Below, in pieces: positions 62,841 through 64,000 of a stretch of DNA of 64,000 nucleotides; position 1 is the first letter of the stretch, and each line of letters starts with the position of its first letter. Made by a program: the position numbers and the translations under genes. The DNA is from Bispira polyomma. Its lineage: Eukaryota. The notes beneath the pieces are model-generated. The model ran no database searches. It saw only the letters and a list, made by a program, of their open reading frames with translations, and was not told the DNA's origin. The stretch lies in the NCBI GenBank assembly GCA_965649765.1, contig OZ287755.1, forward strand, positions 52,390,001-52,454,000, written 5' to 3'.

Positions 62841-64000
62841 TTTTTTTGCGCACTCTGTGGTTCGTTTCTGTCCCTTGATTTTGGAAACTGGATTACTGTC
62901 TTTTGTGCTGGTGTGCCTTAGAGTCCCCTTTGTTAAGGGGAGATTAAGCGCGATAAAAGTCTAATTACAATTACAATTATATTGCAATAATTGCAAAATT
63001 GGAAAGTCAATACATATTGGTACATCATAGTCACAGTCAAATTTTTGTACTTCGCTCACTTCTTGAAGTTTTTGGTTTTTATATGGTTAATCAAAATGAG
63101 CATGTATATATATATAGTAACTTGTTTTTCACTTTAGTAATGATAGGAACCAAGGTAAAACTAATTAACTGCAACTGGTGGATGTTGGTAATATGACAAT
63201 TATAATTTCAATTATAGCATTGATTTAATGTGGATTCAATACCCATGAAATAATTTCAATTAATAGTCTAACTAATAATGAAATTAGTAATATTTATTCT
63301 AGATTTTACTAATTAATAGCTGCATACAGCAACACATCTTGGACCTGAGATTTGATCAAATGCTTCATTTTTTATTGTTTTTATGTGTAAATTTATACTC
63401 TTCATGAAACAATAAAATAATAAAGGTAAAATTATTTTACTTATTTCAACAATGTTTCGATGGGCATGAAAAACCACCGTGGGTGTAGGACAAAATGTAC
63501 CAGGATAATATGCATTGCAAGAAAACTGTACCAAGATTTATTTATTACCTACATATTTTGTACGTTTTGTCCATACCCATTCGTGACTTCTTTGGGAAAA
63601 TCCTGGATCTGCAAGGTTTTTTTTTTGTTTTTAACATTTTATTTAATCTTCTTTTGTGCTTACAATAATGACATGACTAAAAATTAAAAAAACAAAACTT
63701 TTTCACAGGTTACATTAAAAGCCTTAGTGAGATTTCAAATCAAAAGTTTTTCAGATGTCAATATACTTTACTAAAATGATGTAACAATTCAAAATAACGA
63801 TTACACTTTTTTCCAGTTTTCAGTAGACTTCACAAACAGGACAAACCGTTCACAACAAAATACATCAGAAGAAAAACAAAATTGGTAACAGTTTAAAACT
63901 GAAGTTTTTCAGTTTCAGTAAAATTTTACAAAGAGAATGTACTGTTCAAAAGAAAATATCTTAGAAAAAGAAGACAAAACAAAATACTTGGTAACAGTTT

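Overview
AT-rich, repeat-laden animal (invertebrate-like) genomic DNA; the species cannot be identified from this window. The main feature is the 5' half of a + strand receptor (membrane) guanylyl cyclase / natriuretic-peptide-receptor-like gene. Eleven constant exons (50638-62675) splice in frame with GT-AG boundaries. They encode most of an ANF-receptor (Venus-flytrap) ectodomain, the PP-x-x-P-x-CG juxtamembrane motif, a TM helix and the 'FEEDLQKMTWKIPFEEI' cytoplasmic juxtamembrane segment; the kinase-homology and cyclase domains are presumed to lie beyond the window. Upstream are SIX paralogous, intact coding first exons spread over 50 kb (134, 17579, 22521, 29175, 45711, 50057). Each encodes a signal-peptide-like N-terminus plus the first strand/helix of the ectodomain and ends in a phase-2 donor that fits the single exon-2 acceptor at 50638. 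This is a variable-first-exon/constant-exon layout like clustered protocadherins or UGT1A, here in a receptor guanylyl cyclase; joining is inferred from phase and homology, not from transcripts. Several splice junctions have been tandemly copied into adjacent introns, including an array of decoy acceptors before constant exon C2 (gene exon 3). The introns also hold a degraded Ngaro/DIRS tyrosine-recombinase retrotransposon (- strand, ~6.6-12.6 kb), tRNA-derived SINEs with TSDs, LINE fragments, MITEs and minisatellites.
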